A stretch of 59,216 nt of DNA, from IMG/VR virus record IMGVR_UViG_3300024040_000027, positions 1 through 59,216 of that record; one strand, 5' to 3'. This DNA is from a virus. Its lineage: Duplodnaviria; Caudoviricetes. Within the stretch, counting starts at the first letter, position 1; each line of letters begins with the position of its first letter. The position numbers and the translations under genes were made by a program. Shown here piece by piece: positions 25,669-35,467 of the stretch. The notes below the pieces were generated by a model. The model was not told the DNA's origin. It did not search any database and saw nothing but the letters and a program-made list of their open reading frames with translations.

Positions 25669-26697
25669 ATGGGTAATACCGTCTATGGCGATATTTCGCC
25701 GCGTACCGCCGCCTATGCGGAAAAGGAGCTGCTGAAGCGGGCCATCCCGTTCCTGGTGCTGGAGAAGTTCGGCCAGTCCAAGCCGCTTCCGGCCAACAAC
25801 AGCAAAGCCATCACCTTCCGGCGCTATTCCGCGCTCGACCCGACCCCGACCACGCTGACCGAGGGCGTGACTCCAGGCGCTCTGACCCTGCAGAGCACCG
25901 ACATCACGTGCACGCTGTCGCAGTACGGCTCGCTGGTGTCGATCTCGGACGTGATTCTCGACACGCACGAGGATGACGTGCTCGGCGAAACCATCGATTT
26001 GCTGGGCGAGCAGGCGGCTCAAATGATCGAAAAAATGCGCTTCGGCGTGCTGCGCGCTGGCACCAACGTGGTGTACGGCAATGGCTCGACGCGCGCGGCG
26101 GTGAACACCCCGATTTCTCTGGCCGCTCAGCGCAAGATCACCCGCGCGCTGAAGCGGCAGAACGCCGAGCAGATCACGAAGGTGATCAAATCGACGCCGG
26201 CATGGGGCACCGAAGCGGTTGCCAAATCGTTCATATGCGTGATCCACCCGGACATGGAGTCGGATGTGCGCAACATGGTCGGCGCGGACGGGAAAATCGT
26301 ATTCGTCCCGGTCGAAAAATACGGTTCGATGGTGCCGTATGAGAACGAGATCGGCAAGGTCGAGGACGTGCGCTATCTGTCGTCGACCATCTTCGCGCCG
26401 TTCAAGGACGCTGGTGGCAATGCGGCAGCCGATCCCGACGACGACAGTGCGAAGGACATGCTGTCCTCGACCGGGACCAAGGCGGACGTGTACCCGGCGC
26501 TGTACTTCGGCGCCAACGCCTACGCCATCGTCGCGCTGAAGGGCATGTTTGCCCTGACGCCGATGGTGGTGAACCCGAAGCCGACCGACTCCGACCCGAT
26601 GGCGCAGCGTGGCCACGTGGCGTGGAAGGCGATGCAGGGCGCGGTCATCCTGAATGACCAGTGGATGTGCCGGGGCGAGTTCGCGGTTACCGCCTAA
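25669..26697 (+). CDS. Major capsid protein (N4-gp56 family)
   Basis: YGDISPRTAAYA, ITFRRY, LTEGVTP, SDPMAQRGHVAWK. Confidence 0.95.
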   Translation: MGNTVYGDISPRTAAYAEKELLKRAIPFLVLEKFGQSKPLPANNSKAITFRRYSALDPTPTTLTEGVTPGALTLQSTDITCTLSQYGSLVSISDVILDTHEDDVLGETIDLLGEQAAQMIEKMRFGVLRAGTNVVYGNGSTRAAVNTPISLAAQRKITRALKRQNAEQITKVIKSTPAWGTEAVAKSFICVIHPDMESDVRNMVGADGKIVFVPVEKYGSMVPYENEIGKVEDVRYLSSTIFAPFKDAGGNAAADPDDDSAKDMLSSTGTKADVYPALYFGANAYAIVALKGMFALTPMVVNPKPTDSDPMAQRGHVAWKAMQGAVILNDQWMCRGEFAVTA

Positions 26698-26751
26698 TCC
26701 GCCGGCCGTTGGCGGCCCGAGCGCATCCGGGCCGCCTACGTACCCATGAAT

Positions 26752-26783
26752 AAACAGACCCGCTTCGGCGGGTTTGTTTTTTT
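26752..26783 (+). terminator. Intrinsic terminator after capsid gene
   Basis: AAACAGACCCGC-TTCG-GCGGGTTTGTTTTTTT. Confidence 0.85.
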
Positions 26784-26806
26784 CAACGCAATCAAAGAGG
26801 TAAAAA

Positions 26807-27208
26807 ATGAAAGTGAAAGAACCGAACGCTGCAGCAGCTGGTACCGGTACGAACACGACCGCAACATCCGTCACGACGATCGATGATGCCCCGGAGGTTG
26901 CTTCGGAGAAGAAGGTCGATGCGATCGCCGTCCCCGACATCGGAAACAACATGAGCGGGGATCGCCTGGACGTGACCCTGCACCAGGGAGAGGGCGAAGC
27001 CGGTTCGCAGGCCGTGTTCATCGGCCTCAATGGTCAAGGGTTCAACATGCCGCGCGGTATCCGCGTCAGCGTCCCGGCTGAGGTTGTCCACATCCTCGAA
27101 AACGCCGAGCAGACGGTCTACGACACGACCAAGGGCAAGACGGTCGAGCGCCAGATCAAGCGCTTCTCCTACACGGTTCACGGCCCGTCGCCGAAGGCGA
27201 AGAAGTAA
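26807..27208 (+). CDS. Conserved post-capsid virion-associated protein
   Basis: VFIGLNG..FNMPRG..V.VP.EVVHILENA. Confidence 0.75.
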   Translation: MKVKEPNAAAAGTGTNTTATSVTTIDDAPEVASEKKVDAIAVPDIGNNMSGDRLDVTLHQGEGEAGSQAVFIGLNGQGFNMPRGIRVSVPAEVVHILENAEQTVYDTTKGKTVERQIKRFSYTVHGPSPKAKK

Positions 27209-27213
27209 GCGAA

Positions 27214-27861
27214 ATGGCCAGTCTGAGCGACTTCCTGCCGTATGTGCTGCCGTTTGTCGATGGGTGCTCCGAGCCGATGGCAGAGCAGCACATACGCGAT
27301 ATCTGCATCGACTTTTGCGCACACTCGGGAGTCGTTCAGTTTTCCGTTGACCCAATCGATGTCGTTCAAGGGCAGGTTGATTACGACATCGATACGCCTA
27401 TCGGGACGGTGACACACCTGATTCATGAAGCGTGGTTCCAGTGGCGTCCGCTGGGGGTTTTCAAAACCGGCGACATCGCAAACAGGCCGGAGTTGTATTT
27501 CCCTCAGCCAGGCAGCGCGGGCGGCACGCCAGTCGCCATCAAGCAGGGGCCGGACAACACTTTCAAGCTGGACATAGCCCCAGCCGAATCCATCCCTGGC
27601 GCAATCGTGTTGCTGGTATCGACCAAGCCGACGCGCAAGGCGGCGACCGTCGATGACCTGTTGCTGTCCGATTACGCCTATGAAATCGGGCAGGGAGTCG
27701 CGGCGCGCTTGATGCGGATTCCCAAAAAGGAGTTCAGCGACCCCGCCAGTTCGATGGCCTGCGAACAAATTTACCAATTGGCGCGCGCCACAGCACGTAT
27801 TCGCGCAGAGCAATCGTTTGGGCGCACTACGTCGCGCGTGAGGCCTAGGAGGTTCCAATAA
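27214..27861 (+). CDS. Head-tail adaptor protein
   Basis: FLPYVLPFVDGC...CIDFC; position. Confidence 0.75.
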   Translation: MASLSDFLPYVLPFVDGCSEPMAEQHIRDICIDFCAHSGVVQFSVDPIDVVQGQVDYDIDTPIGTVTHLIHEAWFQWRPLGVFKTGDIANRPELYFPQPGSAGGTPVAIKQGPDNTFKLDIAPAESIPGAIVLLVSTKPTRKAATVDDLLLSDYAYEIGQGVAARLMRIPKKEFSDPASSMACEQIYQLARATARIRAEQSFGRTTSRVRPRRFQ

Positions 27862-28511
27862 TGGGCACCATTACTGTCGCCTCGATCATCAATAAAGCGG
27901 CGATCCTGATTCTGGACGCGGATGGCGTGCGCTGGCCAGACGAAGAAATGCTGGGCTGGTTTAACGATGGGCAGCGCGAGGCTGTGATTTTCAAGCCGAA
28001 TGCATTTGTCAAAAACACAAATATTGCGCTCGTAGCCGGCACAAAGCAGCGATTGCCGGACGATTGCAACACCCTTTTTGAGCTGGTGCGCAATACCGGG
28101 GCTGATGGAAACACACCTGGCATGGGAATCAGCATTGTTGATCGTCGCCTGCTGGACGCGCAGAGTCCCGATTGGCACCTGGGGAAGGGGGCCAAGGCCG
28201 TAGTACGGCACTACACCTACAACCCGCTCGATCCCAAAACGTTCTACGTCTACCCGGCATCCCCCGGAGGGGTTTTTGTCGAGGCCGCATATAGCGCGGT
28301 TCCGCCAGCAGTCAGCAAAACGGGGGTGATCGGCCTTGACGACATTTACGCGGGTGCGCTGCTGAATTACCTGTTGTACCGGGCCTATAGCAAGGATACG
28401 GAATTTGCGGCCAATGCTGCGAGTGCGGATAGGTTTTATCAAGCATTCCTATTGAATCTAAATGGAAAAACTGGCGGCGACGCGGGCGCCCCTAGATCAG
28501 GGCAGTCGTAG
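27861..28511 (+). CDS. Head-tail adaptor (DUF6682-like)
   Basis: RWPDEEMLGWFNDGQRE...FYVYP...YLLYRAYSKD. Confidence 0.8.
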   Translation: MGTITVASIINKAAILILDADGVRWPDEEMLGWFNDGQREAVIFKPNAFVKNTNIALVAGTKQRLPDDCNTLFELVRNTGADGNTPGMGISIVDRRLLDAQSPDWHLGKGAKAVVRHYTYNPLDPKTFYVYPASPGGVFVEAAYSAVPPAVSKTGVIGLDDIYAGALLNYLLYRAYSKDTEFAANAASADRFYQAFLLNLNGKTGGDAGAPRSGQS

Positions 28512-28545
28512 AAGCTGGTTCCAAACAAAACCATAACGTCAGAAA

Positions 28546-30954
28546 ATGATTACTACTGTAGATGTCCACATCGTAGCAAGCGATCAAAACGGCAACCGGA
28601 TGGCTGGTGCGCCGATCAGCGCCCGTCTGAGCGGTATTGAAGTGGATGTGACAGGCGGTTATGTGTTCCCGGAGATTGTGAAAGCGACCGCCGACGCCAA
28701 TGGCGAAGCGACGCTGTCGCTGTGGCCGAACGCACTGGGATCGACCGAGACATTCTACGAGTTCAAGATCACGAATCCCGATACCGGAAAGACAGGAAAG
28801 ATCGAGGCGACTATCCCGAATGCGGATTGCGAATTGCATTTGGTCGCCAACTTGCCGCCATATCCGGGTAAGAGCGATGGCCAACTGGCCGTCGATGTTG
28901 CGGTTGCTGCGGGCGCTGCCGCCGCTCTGGCGCGGGATGCTGCGGCTGTCAGTGAGCAGGCGGCTGCGGATAGTGCCATGGCTGCCAGCGAATATGCTTC
29001 CGGTCTGGATAACGCAGTTCAGGCCGCTGCCACCAGTGAAGCCAATGCGCTCGGCTCCGCATCTGCCGCCGCCGTGTCGGCCGCGGATGCGCTGGGATCA
29101 AAAGATGCTGCAGCCGTCAGTGCTCAATCGGCATCGGACAGTGCTGATGCAGCGGGAGATGCTCGCCAGGCGGCGCAAACTGCTGCTGGATCAGCTCAAA
29201 CCAGTGCGGAATCTGCTGATGCGCGCGCCACTGTCGCAGAAGAAAAGGCGGAGAACGCAGCCGCTTCGGCTATCGCGGCTGCGGATAGTGCTCTGGCCGC
29301 TTCCACGTCCGAACAGAACGCTTCCGATTCTGAAAACGCTGCGGCGATCAGCGCCGGCAACGCGGAGATTTCCGAAAACGCCGCTGCGCAGAGCGCGGGC
29401 GATGCCTCGGACGCCGCCGCTTCGCTCACAGCATCGCTATTCGCATTGCGACGGCTGTATCTCGGCGAACACGAAGAAGACCCGGCGGTTGATGGCAACG
29501 GCAACCCTCTCGTCGAGGGTGCCAGCTATTTCAATACGGTTTCCAACAAAGCGCGCGTCTACAGCGAAGGTGCTTGGGGCGATTACGATGCCACCGCACA
29601 GGCTGCAACACAGAGCGCGGTACTCGCCGCGACTGCCGCTGCGCAAAGCGAATCGAACGCCGGGAGCAGCGCCTCCGCTGCTGCGGCATCCCGCACGGCT
29701 GCCGAAATTGCGAAGGCGGCTGCCGAACTCGCAGCAGAAAATCTCGATAACGCCGTAGAAGATGCCGAAGATGCGCGCGATGTGGCGCAGCAGGCGGCGG
29801 CCGATGCCCACGCCGATGCGATCGCTGCCAGTAATTCTGCAGCGGATGCGCAAGCCGCGATGGCAGGGAAGATGAACGTCATGAACCCGACTTATTCCGG
29901 GATTCTTTCCGGTGGCGGGATTCACGTTGATTCAGCTGGGATATGGGCTGATTTTCACGCACAAAGTGCCAGTAGTTCGTACATGTCTTTTCGGAAAGGC
30001 GGGTCTAGTAATTTTGTCGGATTACTTGGTACTGACGGAGGAGGTGCTGTTGCTGGCGGCAGTGGGAATAATTTTGCTGTTCGATCAACTGGCGATTTGA
30101 TTCTTACGGCTGATAGTGGTTGTGTACGCGCGCCAACTTCTTACGGTTGCGGACTTGGAACGCTATCTTTACCGTTTGGTGATTCATGGAGTTCTTCATG
30201 GTCAACAAGAGCCGAGTCCGCAAATGATACTGAACGACCATGTTTTCGTGCTTGTCGTTCTGATGGCACACAATCCCATATTTGGGGGATTGATACTGAT
30301 GACGATCCTGTTTTATGGTTGTATAACACGGGTGGAGCCCATACAAGTCAAATCAAATTCGCCAAAACATACGGCGGAATGGTCGGCAACATCGCAGTAA
30401 ATAACGCGCTAAATGCATACGGTTCTATAGCGGTGGTAGGATCGAAGAATGGGTATGCAGGGATTGACTTTCCAGTTATGGGTAATGGTTCCGTTTTGAT
30501 GACGAACGGAACTATATGTGGGTGGTATAGCAGTGGGGGTGGTTGGCTATTTACAGCAGATACCAGTGGAAATTTCACGGCCACTGGCAATTTTGGAGCA
30601 TATTCAGACGAGCGCCTGAAGAAAGACTGGCGACCAGTCTGCAAGGATTTTGTTCGCAAATGGGCGAAGGTAAAGCGCGGTATTTTCACGCGCATCGACA
30701 CCGGCGAAGTGCAGGCCGGTTTGGGCGCACAGAGTGCCCAGAAGGTATTGCCGCAGGTGGTTTCCGAGGTCTACACGGACGCTGAGAAAACCAAGAAAAT
30801 TCTGTCGCTCAACTACGGTGCCGCCGCCGCCGTCGCCACCGGGGAGATTGCTGAATACGTCGTCGCACTCGAAGACCGGATCATCGCGCAAGAAAAACAG
30901 ATTGAAGAATTGTGCGCAATGGTGCAATCGCTCGCAGAGAAGGTAGGTCTATGA
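28546..30954 (+). CDS. Tail fibre with Ala/Ser-rich shaft and C-terminal intramolecular chaperone (S74-like)
   Basis: AAAS repeats; DGNGNPLVEGASYFNT; YSDERLKKD...LSLNYG. Confidence 0.9.
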   Translation: MITTVDVHIVASDQNGNRMAGAPISARLSGIEVDVTGGYVFPEIVKATADANGEATLSLWPNALGSTETFYEFKITNPDTGKTGKIEATIPNADCELHLVANLPPYPGKSDGQLAVDVAVAAGAAAALARDAAAVSEQAAADSAMAASEYASGLDNAVQAAATSEANALGSASAAAVSAADALGSKDAAAVSAQSASDSADAAGDARQAAQTAAGSAQTSAESADARATVAEEKAENAAASAIAAADSALAASTSEQNASDSENAAAISAGNAEISENAAAQSAGDASDAAASLTASLFALRRLYLGEHEEDPAVDGNGNPLVEGASYFNTVSNKARVYSEGAWGDYDATAQAATQSAVLAATAAAQSESNAGSSASAAAASRTAAEIAKAAAELAAENLDNAVEDAEDARDVAQQAAADAHADAIAASNSAADAQAAMAGKMNVMNPTYSGILSGGGIHVDSAGIWADFHAQSASSSYMSFRKGGSSNFVGLLGTDGGGAVAGGSGNNFAVRSTGDLILTADSGCVRAPTSYGCGLGTLSLPFGDSWSSSWSTRAESANDTERPCFRACRSDGTQSHIWGIDTDDDPVLWLYNTGGAHTSQIKFAKTYGGMVGNIAVNNALNAYGSIAVVGSKNGYAGIDFPVMGNGSVLMTNGTICGWYSSGGGWLFTADTSGNFTATGNFGAYSDERLKKDWRPVCKDFVRKWAKVKRGIFTRIDTGEVQAGLGAQSAQKVLPQVVSEVYTDAEKTKKILSLNYGAAAAVATGEIAEYVVALEDRIIAQEKQIEELCAMVQSLAEKVGL

Positions 30955-31397
30955 CTACGCCGGCTTCTGGACTGATTTCTGCCGACGACATCCTTGCCGA
31001 ATTGGAGTTGCCAGCGCACAGCGCCATATCCCTAAACGATAGCCGCGTCAGGTTATTGGCGAATAAGCCGTCAGGGGCAATTTCTTCAGCGGACTTGCGG
31101 AACAAGACGTATTTGTATCTTATCTCTGGGAATAGCTCTGGGAGTGTCGGGTTCTGGGCCGGCTCAATGGGGGGGATATCCAAAACGGCGGTACGTGGTT
31201 TCAACATACAAAACATAACTATCACCGCCGGAATTCTGTCCGTTTCCTTCCCAACCAATACGAACCTTGCAAATGTCTTTCAAAGCATAGTTGTGGGCGG
31301 GCAGGTATTTCAAAGATCGGACGCTAGTGTCAGCGGCCCAATGGCATCGTGGGGCACCACATTAACTGACCCCAGCGGCCCAATCTACTTCCGCTGA
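30951..31397 (+). CDS. Tail-fibre tip/adhesin-like protein
   Basis: MTTPASGLIS..I..EL...ISLNDSRVRLLA..PSGAIS..DL N-terminus. Confidence 0.7.
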   Translation: MTTPASGLISADDILAELELPAHSAISLNDSRVRLLANKPSGAISSADLRNKTYLYLISGNSSGSVGFWAGSMGGISKTAVRGFNIQNITITAGILSVSFPTNTNLANVFQSIVVGGQVFQRSDASVSGPMASWGTTLTDPSGPIYFR

Positions 31398-31398
31398 C

Positions 31399-31722
31399 AT
31401 GATTATCCAGACGAACTTCGTACCAAAAAATTTTGACGCCATTACCGTATGGCCGTTCATCCTCGTCCGCCAGCAGTACGCCAACGATCAGGGGCTGATC
31501 GCACATGAAATGGTGCATTACCGAGAGCAGCGCCGTGTTCTGGTGCTTCCGTGGCTGCTGCGCTACTGGCTGTCGAAGAAATTCCGGTTCGCCGCCGAAG
31601 TGCGCGGCTACCGGAGGCAGATTGAAGTCGGTGGGATCAGCGCAACGGCCGCAGCCGACATGCTGCTGCAGTATGGCCTGGGCATCACGCATGCCGAGGC
31701 GATCGAGAAATTAACGGCATAG
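31399..31722 (+). CDS. Small HExxH zincin-like protein
   Basis: IAHEMVH...FAAEVRGY. Confidence 0.7.
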   Translation: MIIQTNFVPKNFDAITVWPFILVRQQYANDQGLIAHEMVHYREQRRVLVLPWLLRYWLSKKFRFAAEVRGYRRQIEVGGISATAAADMLLQYGLGITHAEAIEKLTA

Positions 31723-31749
31723 CCTCGGCCAAAAAGAGTAGCCCCATCC

Positions 31750-31772
31750 AACCCGCTTCGGCGGGTTTTTTT
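31750..31772 (+). terminator. Intrinsic terminator
   Basis: AACCCGC-TTCG-GCGGGTTTTTTT. Confidence 0.85.
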
Positions 31773-31790
31773 ACGCCCTGTGAACGCTCC

Positions 31791-32009
31791 ATGCTAAAAA
31801 CTCAAGTCACTCCAGCAGAGGCAACCAGCTACGCCGGCAGCGCCATCTCGATCGTTTCGTCGCTGACGCTCACCGATATCGGGATCCTGATCGGTATCGC
31901 TACCGCGCTGCTGACGCTCGCGGTCAATGTCTACTTCGCTGCACGCAAGGATCGGCGTGAGCGGGAAGAGCATGAATTGCGGATGCGGTCGATGGAGCGG
32001 CAGCCATGA
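31791..32009 (+). CDS. Holin
   Basis: TM segment plus charged C-terminus, upstream of endolysin. Confidence 0.8.
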   Translation: MLKTQVTPAEATSYAGSAISIVSSLTLTDIGILIGIATALLTLAVNVYFAARKDRREREEHELRMRSMERQP

Positions 32010-32527
32010 GCGTGAAACAACGTATCGCCGTTGCGCTGCTGTCGCTGTCGGCGGCCGGCTTCGCTGCTTGGCAGGCATCCGAGGACTTCAGCCCATCGCC
32101 CTACGTTCCGACAGCCGGCGACGTGCCGACCATCGGCTATGGTTCGACACACTACGAAGATGGCCGGCCGGTGACGATGGCCGATCCGCCGATCACGCGA
32201 CAGCGCGGCGAGATTCTGGCGCGCAATTTGATGAGCGCCGACGAAAAGCGGTTCCGGGAATCGTTGCAAGGCGTCGATCTGCACCAAGAGGAATACGACC
32301 TGTACCTGGATTTCGTCGGCCAGTTCGGCATCGGCAACTGGCTTGGCTCGACGCCACGCCGGCAGCTGATCGCTGGGAACTACGCCGAAGCCTGCGAGGC
32401 GCTGCTGATGTGGCGGAATCAGGGTGGACGGGATTGCTCGCTTCCGCAGAACTGGGGGCCGCAGGGCTGCAAAGGCGTGTGGACGCGCCAATTGAAGCGT
32501 CATGACAAATGCGTGGCGGCTCAATGA
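32006..32527 (+). CDS. SAR endolysin (GH24 lysozyme)
   Basis: N-terminal SAR helix; E...DVPTIGYGST catalytic pattern. Confidence 0.92.
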   Translation: MSVKQRIAVALLSLSAAGFAAWQASEDFSPSPYVPTAGDVPTIGYGSTHYEDGRPVTMADPPITRQRGEILARNLMSADEKRFRESLQGVDLHQEEYDLYLDFVGQFGIGNWLGSTPRRQLIAGNYAEACEALLMWRNQGGRDCSLPQNWGPQGCKGVWTRQLKRHDKCVAAQ

Positions 32528-32555
32528 CCGCCAATTTCAACAAAAGGAGAATCTC

Positions 32556-32669
32556 GTGAACGACCAAGCAATCGAACAGGAAATCCATGGAAAGATCGCG
32601 CGCGAGAATGCTATCGCCAAAATCTGGCCCCTCATGGGCCATGAGTTGCGTAGCAAGCTGTCCAAATGA
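32556..32669 (+). pseudogene. Internally deleted Gp49-family gene
   Basis: AAGGAG RBS; MNDQAIEQEI fused directly to GKIARENAIAKIWPLMGHELRSKL (37 aa). Confidence 0.65.
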
Positions 32670-33127
32670 GCTTTCAGGCCATCACGCACTTGATCGCTGC
32701 TGCTATCGCAGCGGCAGCCGTCTGGTTTTTTCAGGATGCACGTTGGTCGGCAGACGTTTCCGAACTGCGAATGACGCAAAGCGACGCCCAGTTCAAGGCC
32801 ATATCGAAAGTGCGCGCCGACGAGCGCGCGATCGCCTCAAGATATCAAGGAGCCCTGAATGCTGCCCGTGTTCGTGAATCGCTGCTACGCACTGAAATCG
32901 ATCATCTGCACGCTGTTTCTGACGGCCTGCGTGAGCAAGCCTCCGATGCCGCCCGCCGACTCGCCAGCGCTACCCCCGGTGCCGTCCTTGACTACGCCAT
33001 TGCCCTCAATTCCGTATACGACGACTGCCGCGCAGCGTATGGGGACATGGCAGAAAAAGCTGCAGGACACGCGCTTGATGTCCGAACCTTGAGCGATGCG
33101 TGGCCGGCGAACAGCCGCCCCGAGTAA
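32666..33127 (+). CDS. i-spanin (Rz-like)
   Basis: N-terminal TM plus coiled coil after endolysin. Confidence 0.8.
   Translation: MSFQAITHLIAAAIAAAAVWFFQDARWSADVSELRMTQSDAQFKAISKVRADERAIASRYQGALNAARVRESLLRTEIDHLHAVSDGLREQASDAARRLASATPGAVLDYAIALNSVYDDCRAAYGDMAEKAAGHALDVRTLSDAWPANSRPE
32859..33092 (+). CDS. Embedded o-spanin (Rz1-like lipoprotein)
   Basis: Lipobox FLTAC, Pro-rich, nested in +1 frame of Rz. Confidence 0.75.
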   Translation: MLPVFVNRCYALKSIICTLFLTACVSKPPMPPADSPALPPVPSLTTPLPSIPYTTTAAQRMGTWQKKLQDTRLMSEP

Positions 33128-33213
33128 ATCCTATAAATTTGGCAGGGCGACTTCCGTGGCATCTTGGAGGCTCGATACTTGCCGGCATCCAAAACTGTAG
33201 AGGCAATGCCGAA

Positions 33214-35463
33214 ATGGCTGCATTCAAGATCGATCGTTTCGGCGGGATATACCCAAAAATTCCCGATAGCCTGCTGCAGGATGGGGCGGCCAGTATCGCG
33301 GAAAATTGCGATTTCGCCTATTCGGAACTGCGCAACACAAAGGGCGGCTATCGGGTGCAGACCATGGCCAATGCGCCGGCAAGTCTGTACACGGATGACG
33401 GCTTGAGGTTTTATTCTTGGGAAGATCGCGTACATGCCGTGCGCTCGCCGCTTGCGCGCGACACTTTCAACCGGTTGTACTACACGACGCCAACCGACTT
33501 CCGGGTGACATCGCGCGACGGCATGCAGGTTGGCGGAGGGGCCCCGGCATCCAGCTATCGGGTCGGAGTTCCGCGCCCGACGATCGCGCCAGCTCTGAGT
33601 ATCCCGTCTATCCCTCCGCTGGATAACGCGACCATGACTGTGCGCTTCCATTACGAATATGGCGGGATCAAGTACCAAGAGCAAGACATTGCCCTGACGG
33701 AAATCACGCCAAATGAGCTGTGGCGGTTCGACCCTCCGGCGCGCGATGATGCTGCCAGCAATATCCCTAAAGGGCAGTTTCTTGCCACTGCTTATTGGGT
33801 TGAGCCGAGCGGAGAGGGGAGTGATGTGTTTGGACAGTGGGTCGGGGTCGCTGGAATTTCCGATCCCACTCCAGCGACGATCAAGGTCATCAGCGGCGGT
33901 TCCATCATGCTGACTGGTCGCCCGTCGAACCCTACTCAAATGGTATCTACAACCCGGGTGAAAGACGAGCTTGGCCAGATTCATGAGGTCGAGTCGCTGT
34001 TTTCTCTGGCGGAATTTGCGGTCCGAAAGCCAACCAGCGCGGAGGAAGAAGAACAGCCATCGGCGACGCCAGAGCAAGCATTCCCCGTCATCAGGATGAC
34101 GGCAACGGATGCGGACACCAACGAGATTTTGTTCGACATATACAGCGCCAATTCATCGCTGGCGACAAACAGCGTTTGGAGCCTGGCGCTGGCAAGGGAG
34201 GATGCTCCGGCTACCGGTTACACGGTCACGCTATCGTCTGGCGCGGCCGAGGCAGACAAAAGAACCCGCGCCTACGTTTTCACCTACGCCAACATCTACA
34301 ACGAAGAAGGGCCGCCGAGTCCGCCAGCGACGATAACGACTGGCGCGCTGATGCCGGTGGAGGTGGTCTGCACGCGCGACGATCTGACGGCGGATTATGC
34401 GCCGATCAAGGAAATACGCATCTACCGGACATCGGACGATTCCGATATTGCCGACTATTTCTATGATGGATCGATTCCGGTCCTGACGGAACCTGGAGCG
34501 GAATTTAGTTTTACCGATGACGTGAAGGCGGCCGGGCTGAATGAGCCGATATCGTCGATGGACGCCTACCCACCGGATCCCGGCCTTGTCGGGCTGATGG
34601 CGTTGCCGAACGGCATTCTGATGGCATGGAAGGGGAATGAACTGCATTTCTCTGAGGCGTATCGGCCTTGGGCATGGCCTCCGGAGTATGTCAAAACCTT
34701 CACGCACAACATCGTTGGCACTATAGCCCATGGTTCTGGTGCACTGGTGACGACCATTGGGCAGCCGTTCTTGATATCTGGCGTGTCTCCAGACTCTATG
34801 ACAGACCGCCCGTTGTCGGTGCCCCAGGCCGGAGTATCGCCATACGCAATGGCAGACTTGGGAGGGGCTATTGTGTATGCCAGCCACGATGGAATCGTTG
34901 CGGTCGAGGGAGGGCAGGCCACGCTCTCCTACTCCGAGCAGTTCTTTACTCGGGATGTATGGCGCGCTCGTTGCAATAACGCGATGGAGTCGATGGTCTT
35001 TGCGGTATGGGATGGCCGTTTGATCGTCTATTCCAGCACAAACGCATTCAAGGCGTTCATGCTGCGGTTGGATGAGGCAAAGGGATCGATGACGGACCTC
35101 CCTGGGTTCGCGGCCAAGTGCTCATTCGTTTCGCCGGTCACGGACCTCTTCTACTACGCTTCTGGTACCGGGTTGTTTCAGTTCGCAGGCGGCTGCGATA
35201 TTAAAGCAACGTGGCAAAGCCGAGAAGCAGTGTTCCCCGAGCCGCTCAACTTTGGTTTCGCTCAGGCGGTTTGCAATGGGGCGTGGACGGTGTCGTTCAT
35301 TGCCGATGGCGTGCCGCGCTATACCAAGACGATAGCAGGAACGCAAAGTTTTCGCCTGCCGGCCGGCTTCAAGTCGGATCGCTGGTATCTGAAAATTTCC
35401 GGCACGGGCCGCTTCCGTGAGTTGCGCATCGCTCAAAGTGCGCGCGAGCTAAGTTTGGTATAG
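33214..35463 (+). CDS. Tail nozzle/stabilization protein
   Basis: FKIDRFGGIYP; TRAYVFTYAN.YNEEGPPS; FSEAYRPWAWP; FRLPAGFK. Confidence 0.8.
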   Translation: MAAFKIDRFGGIYPKIPDSLLQDGAASIAENCDFAYSELRNTKGGYRVQTMANAPASLYTDDGLRFYSWEDRVHAVRSPLARDTFNRLYYTTPTDFRVTSRDGMQVGGGAPASSYRVGVPRPTIAPALSIPSIPPLDNATMTVRFHYEYGGIKYQEQDIALTEITPNELWRFDPPARDDAASNIPKGQFLATAYWVEPSGEGSDVFGQWVGVAGISDPTPATIKVISGGSIMLTGRPSNPTQMVSTTRVKDELGQIHEVESLFSLAEFAVRKPTSAEEEEQPSATPEQAFPVIRMTATDADTNEILFDIYSANSSLATNSVWSLALAREDAPATGYTVTLSSGAAEADKRTRAYVFTYANIYNEEGPPSPPATITTGALMPVEVVCTRDDLTADYAPIKEIRIYRTSDDSDIADYFYDGSIPVLTEPGAEFSFTDDVKAAGLNEPISSMDAYPPDPGLVGLMALPNGILMAWKGNELHFSEAYRPWAWPPEYVKTFTHNIVGTIAHGSGALVTTIGQPFLISGVSPDSMTDRPLSVPQAGVSPYAMADLGGAIVYASHDGIVAVEGGQATLSYSEQFFTRDVWRARCNNAMESMVFAVWDGRLIVYSSTNAFKAFMLRLDEAKGSMTDLPGFAAKCSFVSPVTDLFYYASGTGLFQFAGGCDIKATWQSREAVFPEPLNFGFAQAVCNGAWTVSFIADGVPRYTKTIAGTQSFRLPAGFKSDRWYLKISGTGRFRELRIAQSARELSLV

Positions 35464-35467
35464 CCCA

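Noticed and set aside
28546-31397. Diversity-generating retroelement or invertible tail-fibre cassette
   Set aside because: No reverse transcriptase, template/variable repeat pair or invertase seen
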